A DNA stretch of 60,900 nucleotides from positions 1-60,900 of IMG/VR virus record IMGVR_UViG_3300031569_000004; one strand, written 5' to 3'. Shown piece by piece: positions 29,362 to 39,782 of the stretch; position 1 is the first letter of the stretch; each line of letters starts with the position of its first letter. The translations under genes and the position numbers were made by a program. Below the pieces are notes generated by a model. The model saw only the letters and a list, made by a program, of their open reading frames with translations, was not told the origin of the DNA and did no database searches. The stretch comes from a virus. Lineage: Duplodnaviria > Caudoviricetes.

Positions 29362-30120
29362 ATGAGCCAAATAGAAACTGCAAAACAAGAAGTTTTTGAT
29401 TACTGTAAAGCCATGCTAGGTGACGGTATGATTGATGTTGAATTAGATCCTGTTCATTACGAAACAGGACTAAAAAGAGCATTGGGTGTTTTTCGTCAAC
29501 GTAGTGATAATGCTGTAGAAGAAAGCTATATTACTCTTGCACTTGAAAAAGATCAAAACGATTATATATTGCCACATGAGATACAGCAAGTAAGACAGAT
29601 ATTCAGAAGAAGTGTAGGAAGTCGAACAGGTAACGGATCCGGCGGAACAGTGTTTGAACCGTTCAACCTTGCTTATACTAATACATATTTGCTAAGTTCA
29701 ACTAACATGGGCGGACTTGCAACTTATGAATTATTTGCACAATACCAAGAACTAGTTGGTAAGATGTTTGGATCGTTTATTAACTTTACTTGGAACCCTC
29801 AAAGTAAAAAATTAACTATTATGCAGAGACCAAGAGGATCTGAACAAGTACTTCTTTGGGCGTATAATGAAAAGCCAGATCATATTATTTTAGCAGATGT
29901 GTATGCAGGACAGTGGATTAAAGATTACACATTAGCTAATTGTAAAATTATGCTAGGACAAGCAAGAGAGAAATTTGCAAGTATTGCAGGGCCACAAGGC
30001 GGAACAGCACTTAACGGACCATCCATGAAAGCAGAAGGATTGGCAGATTTAGAAAGATTAACGCAAGAGCTTATTACATTAGTTCCGGGCGGATCTGGTT
30101 ACAGTTGGATTATTGGATAA
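29362..30120 (+). CDS. Neck protein (T4 gp13-like)
   Basis: LGDGMIDVEL, WIKDYTLA..K..LG..REKF..IAGPQGGTALNG. Confidence 0.8.
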   Translation: MSQIETAKQEVFDYCKAMLGDGMIDVELDPVHYETGLKRALGVFRQRSDNAVEESYITLALEKDQNDYILPHEIQQVRQIFRRSVGSRTGNGSGGTVFEPFNLAYTNTYLLSSTNMGGLATYELFAQYQELVGKMFGSFINFTWNPQSKKLTIMQRPRGSEQVLLWAYNEKPDHIILADVYAGQWIKDYTLANCKIMLGQAREKFASIAGPQGGTALNGPSMKAEGLADLERLTQELITLVPGGSGYSWIIG

Positions 30121-30422
30121 TGAAAGCATCTGAATTTATGTGGGAAGACGAAGAACTATACGATGCTATGGTTTGGGGCAGAGGAAAAGCAACTGCAAGA
30201 GGCGGATCGGTTAAAATGAAGTTCCGTTGTCCGTCGGGTCCAAGAAAAAGTAGACAAGTTTCACATCCAGCTAAATGTTGGGATCATCCTAACGTAGCAC
30301 AAGCACAGCGTATGAAAACTACTAGAGCTAAAACTAGTGTGCAACAAGCTCGACGTCAGAGCAGAACCAAAAATATCAATACAGCTACTAAATTGGTAAG
30401 ACGCTTAAACAAATTTAAATAA
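30120..30422 (+). CDS. Small basic hypothetical protein
   Basis: ATG overlaps upstream TAA; Arg/Lys-rich; FRCPSGPRKSRQVSHPAKC. Confidence 0.6.
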   Translation: MKASEFMWEDEELYDAMVWGRGKATARGGSVKMKFRCPSGPRKSRQVSHPAKCWDHPNVAQAQRMKTTRAKTSVQQARRQSRTKNINTATKLVRRLNKFK

Positions 30423-30428
30423 AATCTC

Positions 30429-30457
30429 TTGACAATTAGTTTATAACCTAGTATAAT
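30429..30457 (+). promoter_or_regulatory. Consensus sigma70 (early) promoter
   Basis: TTGACA-17 bp-TATAAT. Confidence 0.9.
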
Positions 30458-30486
30458 GAATACATTACATTAGGAGTAAACAATTT

Positions 30487-31107
30487 ATGATTATAGGCGT
30501 ATGCGGTTTTATTGGTAGTGGCAAAGATACTGTTGCAGATTACCTTGTAAATTTCCATGAGTTTAGACGAGAAAGTTTTGCTAATACACTTAAAGATGCA
30601 GTGTCGGCTGTATTTGGCTGGGACCGTACACTAGTTGAAGGGCGTACAAAAGAAGCACGTGAATGGCGAGAGCAAGTAGATCCTTGGTGGGCAGAACGAC
30701 TAGGTATGCCAACATTAACTCCTAGATGGGTACTTCAATATTGGGGTACAGAAGTATGTCGTAAGTCTTTTCATGATGATATTTGGATTGCAAGTTTAGA
30801 AAATAAGCTACGTAGCAGCAAAGATGATGTTATTGTTAGTGATGTACGATTTCCTAATGAAGTTACTGCTATTAAAAATCAAGGCGGTAAAATTGTTTGG
30901 GTACAGCGTGGTAGATTGCCTGAGTGGTACGACAGTGCTGTTCAAGCAAACAAAGGATCAAATCTCCATATAAACGAAATGAAAATTAATAAGATACATG
31001 CTAGTGAATGGGCATGGGTAGGAACAGAGTTTGATCATATTATTGAAAACGATACATCAATAGACGATTTGTACTCAATTATTAAAAAGTTAATAGTCAG
31101 CAGTTAA
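30487..31107 (+). CDS. Deoxynucleoside monophosphate kinase (T4 gp1-like)
   Basis: GFIGSGKDT P-loop, FANTLK, TPRWVLQYWGTE, SDVRFPNE, HASE. Confidence 0.92.
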   Translation: MIIGVCGFIGSGKDTVADYLVNFHEFRRESFANTLKDAVSAVFGWDRTLVEGRTKEAREWREQVDPWWAERLGMPTLTPRWVLQYWGTEVCRKSFHDDIWIASLENKLRSSKDDVIVSDVRFPNEVTAIKNQGGKIVWVQRGRLPEWYDSAVQANKGSNLHINEMKINKIHASEWAWVGTEFDHIIENDTSIDDLYSIIKKLIVSS

Positions 31108-31425
31108 GTCGCCCTGTTTCCATTTTATACCTTCTTTAGTCAAAACACTAATACAGTTTGCACATACAGTTTTTAGATTACTGTGTCTGCAATTATTTAA
31201 ATCACCGTCAATGTGTAGAACTCTAAACACTTCTTGATGCGGTGATTTAAATCCGCATTTGTCACATTCAAGTTTCTTTTTATATCCTGCACGAGCCCAA
31301 CGAGGCACGCCAGCGTACAGCCCTTTGTTGTTGCACACTTCACACAACGATCTATAATAGGTTGTGTTTCCTTTTTTATAATTTACAGCACGTGGCCGTA
31401 TTCCGCACTTACATTGTGGTCTCAT
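31090..31425 (-). CDS. Zn-binding HNH-like small protein
   Basis: CxC, CEVC, CDKCG, HIDGDLNN..NLKTVCANC; TAAATA-N5-ATG. Confidence 0.7.
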   Translation of the reverse strand: MRPQCKCGIRPRAVNYKKGNTTYYRSLCEVCNNKGLYAGVPRWARAGYKKKLECDKCGFKSPHQEVFRVLHIDGDLNNCRHSNLKTVCANCISVLTKEGIKWKQGDLTADY

Positions 31426-31430
31426 AATAG

Positions 31431-31498
31431 TATTTACACCTTTTCTGCCCCTTTTAAGTGGTATTAAACCCAGTGATTTTTAAAATATATACTAAATA
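31431..31498. promoter_or_regulatory. Divergent pair of putative late promoters
   Basis: TAAATA minus 31431-31436 and plus 31493-31498. Confidence 0.65.
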
Positions 31499-31556
31499 CA
31501 ATTGCAACAAGTTTACGTAATAGACTGATACAAAATATTACCAGGAGATAATAAAG

Positions 31557-34500
31557 ATGGCACTAACATCACCAGGCGTAGAAGTAACAGTAATAGATGA
31601 GAGTATGTATACCCCGGCTGAGCCAGGAACAACTCCGCTAATTGTTATTTCATCATCGCAAGATAAATTAAATGCAGCAGGCACGGCAACAGCCGCAGGC
31701 ACGCTGAAAGCTAACGCAGGTAAAGCATATAAAGTTACCTCGCAGAAAGAATTAGTTGATCTATTTGGAGTTCCAAACTTCAAGAAGACAGCGAGCAACA
31801 CACCAATACACGGAAGCGAACTAAACGAATACGGCTTACTAGCTGGATACAGTTTACTAGGCGTATCAAACGCAGCTTTTGTTGTTAGGGCTGATGTTGA
31901 CTTAGACGAATTAGAAGGCTCAACAACTGCTCCGGGAGCGAATCCAGCAGACGGCAAGTGGTGGATTAATACAGGATCAAGTGCATACGGCATCCAGGAA
32001 TGGAACGGTGCTGCTGTTACTACAACAGGCGGCCAGAAGTTTGCAGCTAAAACACCAATTGTATTAACAGACGACGATGCTTCAAAAATTAGTAATGGTG
32101 CACCAACTGCTTCAGTAGGAGCAATTGGCAACTACGCTATTGTATTCGAAACTGTTAAAGGTAGCGGATCATATGTAGCTTCAAAAGAAAACGCAACAGT
32201 TTGGTACAAGTCCGCAGGTAACGGTTCAACCGTAGCACAGGGACTTTGGGTTAAAGTAGGAAGCAACGATTGGACAGCTAGCCATCCAACAATCGTTGGT
32301 AGTACTTACAGTGTATCAGCTGCTAGTAGTGAAACATTTACTATTAACGGGACAAACTTTAGCATTACAGGTACTTTAGATGACTTGGTAGCATCAATTA
32401 ACGGATCTATCAGTGAAACACAAGGTATTGTTGCTAGAAACGTAAGCGGTAGACTTTATCTTTACTCAGACGGAACACTAGATGACGGCATTGGCGATTC
32501 AGCTAAAACAAATGCTATTGAAATTGGTGACGGCCTAAGTGGAGTAACAGTTAACTTTACAAATTTAGGTATTGCAAAATCTACATACTACGGACCAGCT
32601 TTACAAATTTCATCGCACACAAATGTACCTGAGTTTAAAACAGACGACACAAACTCACGTCCATCAGGAAGTGTTTGGATTAAAACAACTGAGCCTAACA
32701 GTGGCGCACGTTGGAGAGCAGCTAAGTGGAATGCATCAACTCTAGCATGGGTTTCATACAATGCTCCAATATATGCTAACAACGGATCTTCAATCTTTGC
32801 TTTAGATAGAGCAGGCGGCGGTGTTAACATTCCAGTTGATAGTTTATATGTACAATCAAACGCAACAGAAAATAGTGGATACGATACAACTCCTATTGAT
32901 GCTGCATTTAAAGTACTACGTAGAGCAAATACAGGAAACACAACTATTACATCAGCAGCAGTAACAGCATCAACGTTTACTGCAGGATCAAACACATTTA
33001 CAATTGCTGAAGGAATTAAAACTTCTGCAACATTAAATGCTGGTGTTACAGTTACATTTACAGCAGCAGCAAATGCAAACGATGCAGCTTTGGTAGCAGG
33101 TGCTATTAACAGTGCAGGCTTTACAAATATTGAAGCTTCAGTTAACTCTGCAAACCAAATTCAAATTTTCCACAAACTTGGTGGAGACTTTAGAATTACA
33201 GACGGAACTAATACTCCGATTGCAAGTTCATATACTGCATTTAATATTAACACAGGATTAGGATCAGCTAACTTCTACGCAGCACCAACAGGCGCAGCTG
33301 AAGACTTTATTGCTTCTAACTGGAAACCACTAGCAGCTGATAGTTTTTCAGCAACTAGCACAGCACCATTAGCTGAACCAGCAGACGGACAACTTTGGTA
33401 TAACCCAGAGTTTAGTGACGTTGACTTAATGATTCACAATGGTACAACATGGGTTGGTTATCAAAATTACAGCTCAGGGTATGCTAATTGTTCACCAGCT
33501 GGACCAATTGTTTCTGCAACAAAACCACTTGCAGCAACAGGACAAAGCGACGGAACAGCACTTGTAGATGGTGATATTTGGATTTCAACAGCTAGTTTAG
33601 AAGACTTTCCAACAATTTACCGTTGGAACGGAAATACACTAGCATGGGTACTTGTTGATAAAACAGACCAAACTACAGAAAATGGTGTACTATTTGGAGA
33701 TGCACGTTATGGACTAGCAGGTGCTACTGGTAACACAGCAGCAACTATTTTAGACTTGTTAACTAATAACTATGTAGATCCAGATGCTCCAGATCCAGCA
33801 CTATATCCAAAAGGTATGTTGCTATGGAACTTACGTAGAAGTGGCGGAAACGTTAAGAAATACAACAACAACTACGTTGATCTAACTGCTGACAATACAC
33901 GCTTTGGTGACGAAGCAATGTCAGGCTATGCTACAGACAGATGGTCTACACAATCAGGCAACCAAGAAGATGGTAGCGGATCATTTGGTAGACATGCACA
34001 GCGTATGGTAGTTGTACAAGCACTTAAATCTGTAATTGACACAAGCTCAGAAATTAGAGACGAAGAAACAAGAAACTTTAACTTAATTTCATGCCCAGGC
34101 TATACAGAAACAATGAGCAACCTAGTTAATCTTAATATTGACAGAGGCTTAACAGCGTTTGTTATTGGTGACACACCATTAAGACTAGCAAGTGATGCAA
34201 CTTCATTGTTAACATACGGTTCAAATAGTAACTTAGTTACTGATAACAGTGACGATGGACTTGTAACTTATGATGAATACTTAGGTGCGTTTTATCCAAA
34301 TGGATTTACAACTGACTTAGGTGGTTCCAACGCTGTTGTTCCAGCTTCACACATGATGATGAGAACAATTGCACTAAGTGATCAAGTATCGTTTCCATGG
34401 TTTGCTCCAGCAGGAACAAGACGTGGTGGAATTAGCAACGCTACATCAGTAGGATACATTGATGCAGCAACAGGTGAATTCCAAACTGTAGCACTTAACG

Positions 34501-34922
34501 AAGGACAAAGAGATACACTTTACGGATTGAAAATTAATCCAATTACATTCTTTAATGGTGTAGGACTTGTTAACTACGGACAGAAAACTAGAGCTAGAAA
34601 TGCTTCTGCACTAGATAGAATTAATGTAGCACGTTTAGTTGTTTACTTACGTAGCCAACTTAACAAACTTGCAAGACCGTATATCTTTGAGCCAAACGAT
34701 AAAATAACAAGAGACGAGATCAAACAAGCAGTTGAATCTTTACTACTTGAATTGGTAGGTCTAAGAGCTCTATACGACTTTGCAGTTGTATGTGATGAAT
34801 CCAATAATACGCCGTCAAGAGTAGATAGGAATGAACTTTATGTTGATATTGCTATTGAACCTATTAAGGCAATTGAATTTATTTACATTCCGTTGCGTGT
34901 CAAGAACACAGGAGAAATATAA
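31557..34922 (+). CDS. Contractile tail sheath protein (T4 gp18-like), enlarged
   Basis: SPGVEVTVIDES N-terminus; PWFAPAGTRRG, INPI, DRINVARL, FEPND, IEFIYI C-terminus. Confidence 0.95.
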   Translation: MALTSPGVEVTVIDESMYTPAEPGTTPLIVISSSQDKLNAAGTATAAGTLKANAGKAYKVTSQKELVDLFGVPNFKKTASNTPIHGSELNEYGLLAGYSLLGVSNAAFVVRADVDLDELEGSTTAPGANPADGKWWINTGSSAYGIQEWNGAAVTTTGGQKFAAKTPIVLTDDDASKISNGAPTASVGAIGNYAIVFETVKGSGSYVASKENATVWYKSAGNGSTVAQGLWVKVGSNDWTASHPTIVGSTYSVSAASSETFTINGTNFSITGTLDDLVASINGSISETQGIVARNVSGRLYLYSDGTLDDGIGDSAKTNAIEIGDGLSGVTVNFTNLGIAKSTYYGPALQISSHTNVPEFKTDDTNSRPSGSVWIKTTEPNSGARWRAAKWNASTLAWVSYNAPIYANNGSSIFALDRAGGGVNIPVDSLYVQSNATENSGYDTTPIDAAFKVLRRANTGNTTITSAAVTASTFTAGSNTFTIAEGIKTSATLNAGVTVTFTAAANANDAALVAGAINSAGFTNIEASVNSANQIQIFHKLGGDFRITDGTNTPIASSYTAFNINTGLGSANFYAAPTGAAEDFIASNWKPLAADSFSATSTAPLAEPADGQLWYNPEFSDVDLMIHNGTTWVGYQNYSSGYANCSPAGPIVSATKPLAATGQSDGTALVDGDIWISTASLEDFPTIYRWNGNTLAWVLVDKTDQTTENGVLFGDARYGLAGATGNTAATILDLLTNNYVDPDAPDPALYPKGMLLWNLRRSGGNVKKYNNNYVDLTADNTRFGDEAMSGYATDRWSTQSGNQEDGSGSFGRHAQRMVVVQALKSVIDTSSEIRDEETRNFNLISCPGYTETMSNLVNLNIDRGLTAFVIGDTPLRLASDATSLLTYGSNSNLVTDNSDDGLVTYDEYLGAFYPNGFTTDLGGSNAVVPASHMMMRTIALSDQVSFPWFAPAGTRRGGISNATSVGYIDAATGEFQTVALNEGQRDTLYGLKINPITFFNGVGLVNYGQKTRARNASALDRINVARLVVYLRSQLNKLARPYIFEPNDKITRDEIKQAVESLLLELVGLRALYDFAVVCDESNNTPSRVDRNELYVDIAIEPIKAIEFIYIPLRVKNTGEI

Positions 34923-35563
34923 TGCCAATTACATCACTTAACAACTTTGGAGTACCAACAGACGCAGGAAACCAAGTACTGTTGATGCCAAAACTAAAAT
35001 ATCGCTTTAGGGTGACACTTTTAGGGTTTGGTGTTAGTGCAGCTACTGAATTGACAAAACAAGTTGTAGATGTTTCTAGACCTAAAGTAGGCTTTGAAGA
35101 AATGCCACTAGAAGTTTACAACTCACGTGTGTATCTAGCAGGTAAGTATACCTTTGAAACTCTTTCATTGAACTTACGTGACGATGCAAGTGGGTTTGTA
35201 CAGAAACTAGTCGGACAGCAGGTACAGAAACAGTTTGACTTTGTCGAACAAGCATCTGCAAGATCAGGTATTGATTACAAATTTACAACTAAAATTGAAG
35301 TACTAGACGGTGGTAACGGTGCTAGTGAAGGCGGAGTTAACGTATTAGAAACATCAAACATGTATGGTTGTTTCCTAACTAACGTAGACTACGGCGATGC
35401 AAACTACGGTACTAACGAAGCAATGCAAGTAGCATTAACTATACGCTTTGACAACATGGTACAATGGGGCGCAGGTGAAACAGGCGTTGGCACAGGAATT
35501 GGTGCTGCGGTTGGTAGAACACTTGGTGAAACTACTACTGGTGCAGGTGGCGGCCAAGGCTAA
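34922..35563 (+). CDS. Tail tube protein (T4 gp19-like)
   Basis: Follows sheath; PKLKYRFRV, YLAGK..ETLSLNLRDD, MYGCF..YG..Y..VALTIRFD. Confidence 0.85.
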   Translation: MPITSLNNFGVPTDAGNQVLLMPKLKYRFRVTLLGFGVSAATELTKQVVDVSRPKVGFEEMPLEVYNSRVYLAGKYTFETLSLNLRDDASGFVQKLVGQQVQKQFDFVEQASARSGIDYKFTTKIEVLDGGNGASEGGVNVLETSNMYGCFLTNVDYGDANYGTNEAMQVALTIRFDNMVQWGAGETGVGTGIGAAVGRTLGETTTGAGGGQG

Positions 35564-35588
35564 AACTTCAACAGTTACAACAATATTT

Positions 35589-35618
35589 AAAGCCCGGAAA
35601 ATAAACCGGGCTTTTTTT
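35589..35618 (+). terminator. Rho-independent terminator
   Basis: AAAGCCCGG/CCGGGCTTT stem plus T-tract. Confidence 0.88.
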
Positions 35619-35634
35619 ATGGCTAAATAATAGT

Positions 35635-36708
35635 ATGGCAAACAAATTTACTAGATTCTTATCAGATTTTGCAACCGGCTTAACTCAGCCTAAAGGTATC
35701 ATGGGTAACTACACTCATGCTACACGATTGTTTATTGACGATACTATGCGTCTTGCGCCTAGGACTAAATTTAACTATTATGTTAGATTTGAATTTGATC
35801 CTACTGCACTAAAGTCAGGTAGCTTTAAACAAAAACATACAGAAGAAACCGGACTACTTGTAAAAAATGTAGGGCTTCCTAAGTTTAGTTTTGATACTGA
35901 AACAATAAATCAATACAACAAAAAACATAATGTATATAAAAAAATAACTTATGATCCAGTGAGCTTTTCAATGCACGACGATAATCAAGGTGTTATTAGT
36001 GCTATGTGGGCATTGTATTATGGATACTATGTTGCAGATAGAAGTTTGCCAACAGGCGCTTTTGATGCAGACCGTTATCGAAGCAAAGAAACAAACAACT
36101 ATGCATATGGTTTTGATAATAACTCAAGTGTAGACTTTTTTAAAAGTGTAACTATCTACACAATGGGCCGTAGACGTTTTATTGGATACACATTAATTAA
36201 TCCTAAAATTACAAAATGGGATCACGGTGAGATGGATTATGCTGAAGGTAGTGAGCCTGCAGCAAGTTCAATGACACTACAATATGAAGCAGTACAATAT
36301 ACAGCAGGTACAGTTTCACAAGGATCACCTAAAGGATTTACTAATCTACACTACGATACCCAATCATCTCCACTAGGAGTTGCAGGTGGTGGAACAGGAT
36401 TACTATCGGGCGAAGGTGGTGTGCTTGATGGATTAGAATCAATTTTTGGAGCTCTTGGCAACGGATCGGCATTTAGTAGTCCACAAGGATTCTTAGGAAC
36501 AGCCATTGCCGCAGTTAATACATATAAAAATATTAGAGGCTTGTCAAAAGACGGACTTAAAAGTGAAGCTCTTAATATTTTAACTAGCCCTGCAGGTATA
36601 AATCAAATTTCAAATACAATTAGTGGAATTGCTGGAACTATATTTCCTAAGAACGATGCAAAGAATAAAACAACAGTAGCGAGAAAACGCGGCGACATAG
36701 GAACATAA
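35635..36708 (+). CDS. Tube-fold baseplate/tail-tube initiator protein
   Basis: LPKFSFDTETINQYN..ITYDPVSFSMHDD..LINPKIT..LQYE tube-like pattern; TAAATA-N5-ATG. Confidence 0.6.
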   Translation: MANKFTRFLSDFATGLTQPKGIMGNYTHATRLFIDDTMRLAPRTKFNYYVRFEFDPTALKSGSFKQKHTEETGLLVKNVGLPKFSFDTETINQYNKKHNVYKKITYDPVSFSMHDDNQGVISAMWALYYGYYVADRSLPTGAFDADRYRSKETNNYAYGFDNNSSVDFFKSVTIYTMGRRRFIGYTLINPKITKWDHGEMDYAEGSEPAASSMTLQYEAVQYTAGTVSQGSPKGFTNLHYDTQSSPLGVAGGGTGLLSGEGGVLDGLESIFGALGNGSAFSSPQGFLGTAIAAVNTYKNIRGLSKDGLKSEALNILTSPAGINQISNTISGIAGTIFPKNDAKNKTTVARKRGDIGT

Positions 36709-36709
36709 C

Positions 36710-37075
36710 ATGCCTACTAATTTACCACCAAAGCAAATACAAGATAGTGCAGCACGTACAAGGTTATACTTTGATGTTTACGGTACTACTCCACTAGAAT
36801 ATAATGCAGTTGATTATGATACTGCTATTGGATTCTTTAAAGAAAAAGGATTTGAAGATTCGGCAGCACAAGTTGTTGCAACTACTCTACTAAAACAAGC
36901 CAAGTTAGAAAACATTAGTATCTCAAAAGTACTTGATGGTATTGCAGGGCTTGACTCACTAAAGATCAGTGCGTTAGTCGGAGAAGTACTTAATAACAAT
37001 AGGCCGGCAACATCTACATTAGGATATCGACAGCCAGTAGAGGATACTACAAAACAGCGCAATGTGAGTCCATAA
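36710..37075 (+). CDS. Hypothetical protein (morphogenesis operon)
   Basis: Tightly packed ORF; LNNNR..TSTLGY C-terminus. Confidence 0.6.
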   Translation: MPTNLPPKQIQDSAARTRLYFDVYGTTPLEYNAVDYDTAIGFFKEKGFEDSAAQVVATTLLKQAKLENISISKVLDGIAGLDSLKISALVGEVLNNNRPATSTLGYRQPVEDTTKQRNVSP

Positions 37076-37076
37076 T

Positions 37077-37517
37077 ATGGCTAAGTTTGCTCAAGGCCGT
37101 TTTGAAATGAAAAACAAAGAAAAGTATGTTGGGACTAAACTTCCAATGGCTCGTTCAAGTTGGGAAACTGTGTTTATGAGGATGTTAGATGAACATCCAG
37201 GTGTTGCTAAGTGGGCAAGTGAAGCAATACAAATACCTTATAGAAATCCACTAACGGGAAAACCTACTATATATGTGCCGGACTTTTTTATTCAATATGC
37301 AGATAAGAACGGAAAGCAACATGCAGAAGTAATAGAAGTAAAACCAAAAAATCAATCAGTACGTGAAAATGTTGGCAAAAGTAGATACAATCAAGAACAG
37401 TATATTTTAAATTTAGCCAAATGGGAAGCTGCTGTAGCATGGTGTAAACAAAAGAAACTACGTTTTAGAGTAGTAACCGAAGAAGATATTTTTCACCAAG
37501 GCACCAAGAGAAGATAA
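37077..37517 (+). CDS. Head completion nuclease (T4 gp4-like, TnsA-like PD-(D/E)xK)
   Basis: RSSWE, WASE..IPY, YVPDF, IEVKP, NLAKWEAA, FRVVTE. Confidence 0.9.
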   Translation: MAKFAQGRFEMKNKEKYVGTKLPMARSSWETVFMRMLDEHPGVAKWASEAIQIPYRNPLTGKPTIYVPDFFIQYADKNGKQHAEVIEVKPKNQSVRENVGKSRYNQEQYILNLAKWEAAVAWCKQKKLRFRVVTEEDIFHQGTKRR

Positions 37518-37525
37518 GTACTTAC

Positions 37526-38029
37526 ATGACTAAGAAATTAGAAGAACTATTTAACCTAGAAGAACAGCAGGAAGAGGAAGCCGAAGTGAGTGAAACTCCG
37601 GAGATAAAAGCAATTGACGCTGATGAAATGCACAATGAAATTGCAAGTGTTAATGATAGCTATGCTGCGATTAACAACATTACTAAAGAACTTCCTCAGA
37701 TATCCGAATTAAATACACTAGACGAAAATGATTTGGATAAACTTGCAGCTAAAGCTGAACAAGCATACGATGATCTAATGGATCTTGGTATGAATGTAGA
37801 AGTACGATACAGTGGACGTATTTTTGAAGTTGCTGGAGGCATGCTAAAAAATGCCGTAGATGCTAAGTCTGCTAAGATTGATAAAAAACTTAAAGCAGTA
37901 GATCTTCAGCTTAGAAAACTTAAAATGGATAAAGATGACCCAGAAGATCCTCATAACATTGTTAATGGGCAAGGGTATGTTATGTTAGATCGCAACGAAC
38001 TAATGAAGAAATTAAGCGGAAAGGAATAA
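37526..38029 (+). CDS. Hypothetical protein, possible terminase small subunit
   Basis: Helical acidic N-half, RIFEVAGGMLK core, DRNELMKKL tail; near TerL. Confidence 0.4.
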   Translation: MTKKLEELFNLEEQQEEEAEVSETPEIKAIDADEMHNEIASVNDSYAAINNITKELPQISELNTLDENDLDKLAAKAEQAYDDLMDLGMNVEVRYSGRIFEVAGGMLKNAVDAKSAKIDKKLKAVDLQLRKLKMDKDDPEDPHNIVNGQGYVMLDRNELMKKLSGKE

Positions 38030-38037
38030 ATACTAAT

Positions 38038-38616
38038 ATGAAAACGTTCAGAGAATATTTAACAGAGAGCAAAAAAATCTACAGTTTTAATGTAAAACTA
38101 GCAGGCGACTGTCCTGAAGATTTTTGTGAAAACCTTAAGTCTAGACTTGCTTCTAGGCAGGTAGTAACTTGTGAAGAAACAAATAAAACACCAGTACAAG
38201 AAGTTCCGTTAGACTTTCCAGAGTTAAAGAACGTTGAAGTACATATTTTTAATTTAGTTACTGAGTATCCATGTACACCACAGGAAATTGAAAAAGAATT
38301 AACTGAGATGGGATGTAGTCCGGAAGTTTGCAAAGTAAGAAACAGTGCAAGTCCTTCGGAAGAGTATCAAATTAACAGTGATCCTAAAACAGGCGCATTG
38401 TTACATGATAACGAATACAAAGAAGCAGGCAAAATTAAAAATAAAGATTATTTTGGAGATGATTTTAATAAATCATTCCTAAAGGATTTAGCTAAAACAG
38501 CTAAAGCACGTAAAAAAGAATTAGGACACGATAAACTTAAAGCAGATGTATTTGCTGACGTGCCTAAAATTAAAACAGACAAAGCGGGCATAAAAAGTCC
38601 GGTAGGGAGTAACTAA
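38038..38616 (+). CDS. Putative internal head protein
   Basis: N-terminus MKTFREYLTE resembles the T4 capsid-targeting sequence MKTYQEFIAE; TAAATA-N5-ATG. Confidence 0.5.
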   Translation: MKTFREYLTESKKIYSFNVKLAGDCPEDFCENLKSRLASRQVVTCEETNKTPVQEVPLDFPELKNVEVHIFNLVTEYPCTPQEIEKELTEMGCSPEVCKVRNSASPSEEYQINSDPKTGALLHDNEYKEAGKIKNKDYFGDDFNKSFLKDLAKTAKARKKELGHDKLKADVFADVPKIKTDKAGIKSPVGSN

Positions 38617-39329
38617 TGGATTTTAATCAACTTATGCAGAGAATGCGTGAACTTGACACGCCGGTAACTGAAATGCCAGTTATGCCACAAGCAACGCCAA
38701 TGTCGATGCCAACACCGGAACCAAAAGACAAAGCACGTATGAATGTTAATATTAGTGCTGAAGGTGATGCTATTGAAGATATCTTAAAACTTATGACTAA
38801 AGTTAATCCAGATATGATCAACCAACCAAAACCGCCAATGCCAATGCCTATTCCACACATGGACATAGATGGCGACGGTGATATGGATGCAATGCCTATG
38901 CCTAAGCCAATTAACAAATTGCTTCCAGACTTTGACGATGATAATGATGACATGCCAGGTGGTGAAATAGACATAGATATGGACAAAGATGACCATGATG
39001 CAGATCACGATGTTATCAAAGGTCTAGACAAAGATGACGATGGTGATCACGACATGGACGATCACGATAAAGAAACAGATTCAGAAGATGAAGATGAAGA
39101 TGAAAAAGAAAAAGAAGAAGCATATGCTAATGAGCCTGATGAAGACCACAGAGACATTGACTATATGCAAAACAAATTAGCAGGCGGAATGAACCGTCCT
39201 AAAGATACACATGCTAAAGTATCCGATGGTGATAATCCAATGCGTAAAGTTAAAGAAGGCGAGGATTTAAGAGCGCAAATCAAAGCTGAACTAGCACAAC
39301 GTTTAGCAGAAGCTAAGGGAGCAAAATAA
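38616..39329 (+). CDS. Low-complexity Met/Pro/Asp-rich protein
   Basis: PMPMP tracts, DIDGDGD and DKDDDGD motifs. Confidence 0.6.
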   Translation: MDFNQLMQRMRELDTPVTEMPVMPQATPMSMPTPEPKDKARMNVNISAEGDAIEDILKLMTKVNPDMINQPKPPMPMPIPHMDIDGDGDMDAMPMPKPINKLLPDFDDDNDDMPGGEIDIDMDKDDHDADHDVIKGLDKDDDGDHDMDDHDKETDSEDEDEDEKEKEEAYANEPDEDHRDIDYMQNKLAGGMNRPKDTHAKVSDGDNPMRKVKEGEDLRAQIKAELAQRLAEAKGAK

Positions 39330-39763
39330 TGGCAGATTTAACTCAATCTACAATCGGCGGCGGAAGTGCAATTCTAGTTGCTGCAAACAGAAAATATTAT
39401 ACAGACATGACAGCAACTCATTACAACGGTAACAAAGCACTAACATGTTTTGAAGTCGCATGTGGGGCAGCAATACACCAACAAACAGAAAGCGGCGAAG
39501 CAATTGAAAGCATTATGCGTATTATTGAAAAATATGCAACTGTTGTTATTCGTGGTGCAGCATACGGTTCAAACCAAAAATTTGCTGTTTTTATTGAACA
39601 GCCAAATGATTCGTTGGACTATGATGGTGCAGGTGCAGAAACAATCGTAGAACAAATTGAAGATGAAATTATTGCACTAACTGACTTATCAGGTGCTACA
39701 CCAGCACAAATTGACTTTACTGGCGTAACTTGTACAGTAAAACCTACACTTGAATTAGCATAA
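39329..39763 (+). CDS. Hypothetical protein (likely virion)
   Basis: GGAG RBS, TAATG coupling, ends before terminator. Confidence 0.6.
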   Translation: MADLTQSTIGGGSAILVAANRKYYTDMTATHYNGNKALTCFEVACGAAIHQQTESGEAIESIMRIIEKYATVVIRGAAYGSNQKFAVFIEQPNDSLDYDGAGAETIVEQIEDEIIALTDLSGATPAQIDFTGVTCTVKPTLELA

Positions 39764-39782
39764 GACTCCTACTACTAAAATC

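Noticed and set aside
31090-31425. Mobile HNH homing endonuclease
   Set aside because: Only 111 aa, the His expected after the last CxxC is absent (CANCIS), no intron context; more like a resident Zn-finger gene
31538-32995. Long antisense ORFs (197 and 135 aa) opposite the sheath, and similar short antisense or alternate-frame ORFs throughout
   Set aside because: Shadows of codon bias in strongly supported genes; no RBS, promoter or recognisable motifs
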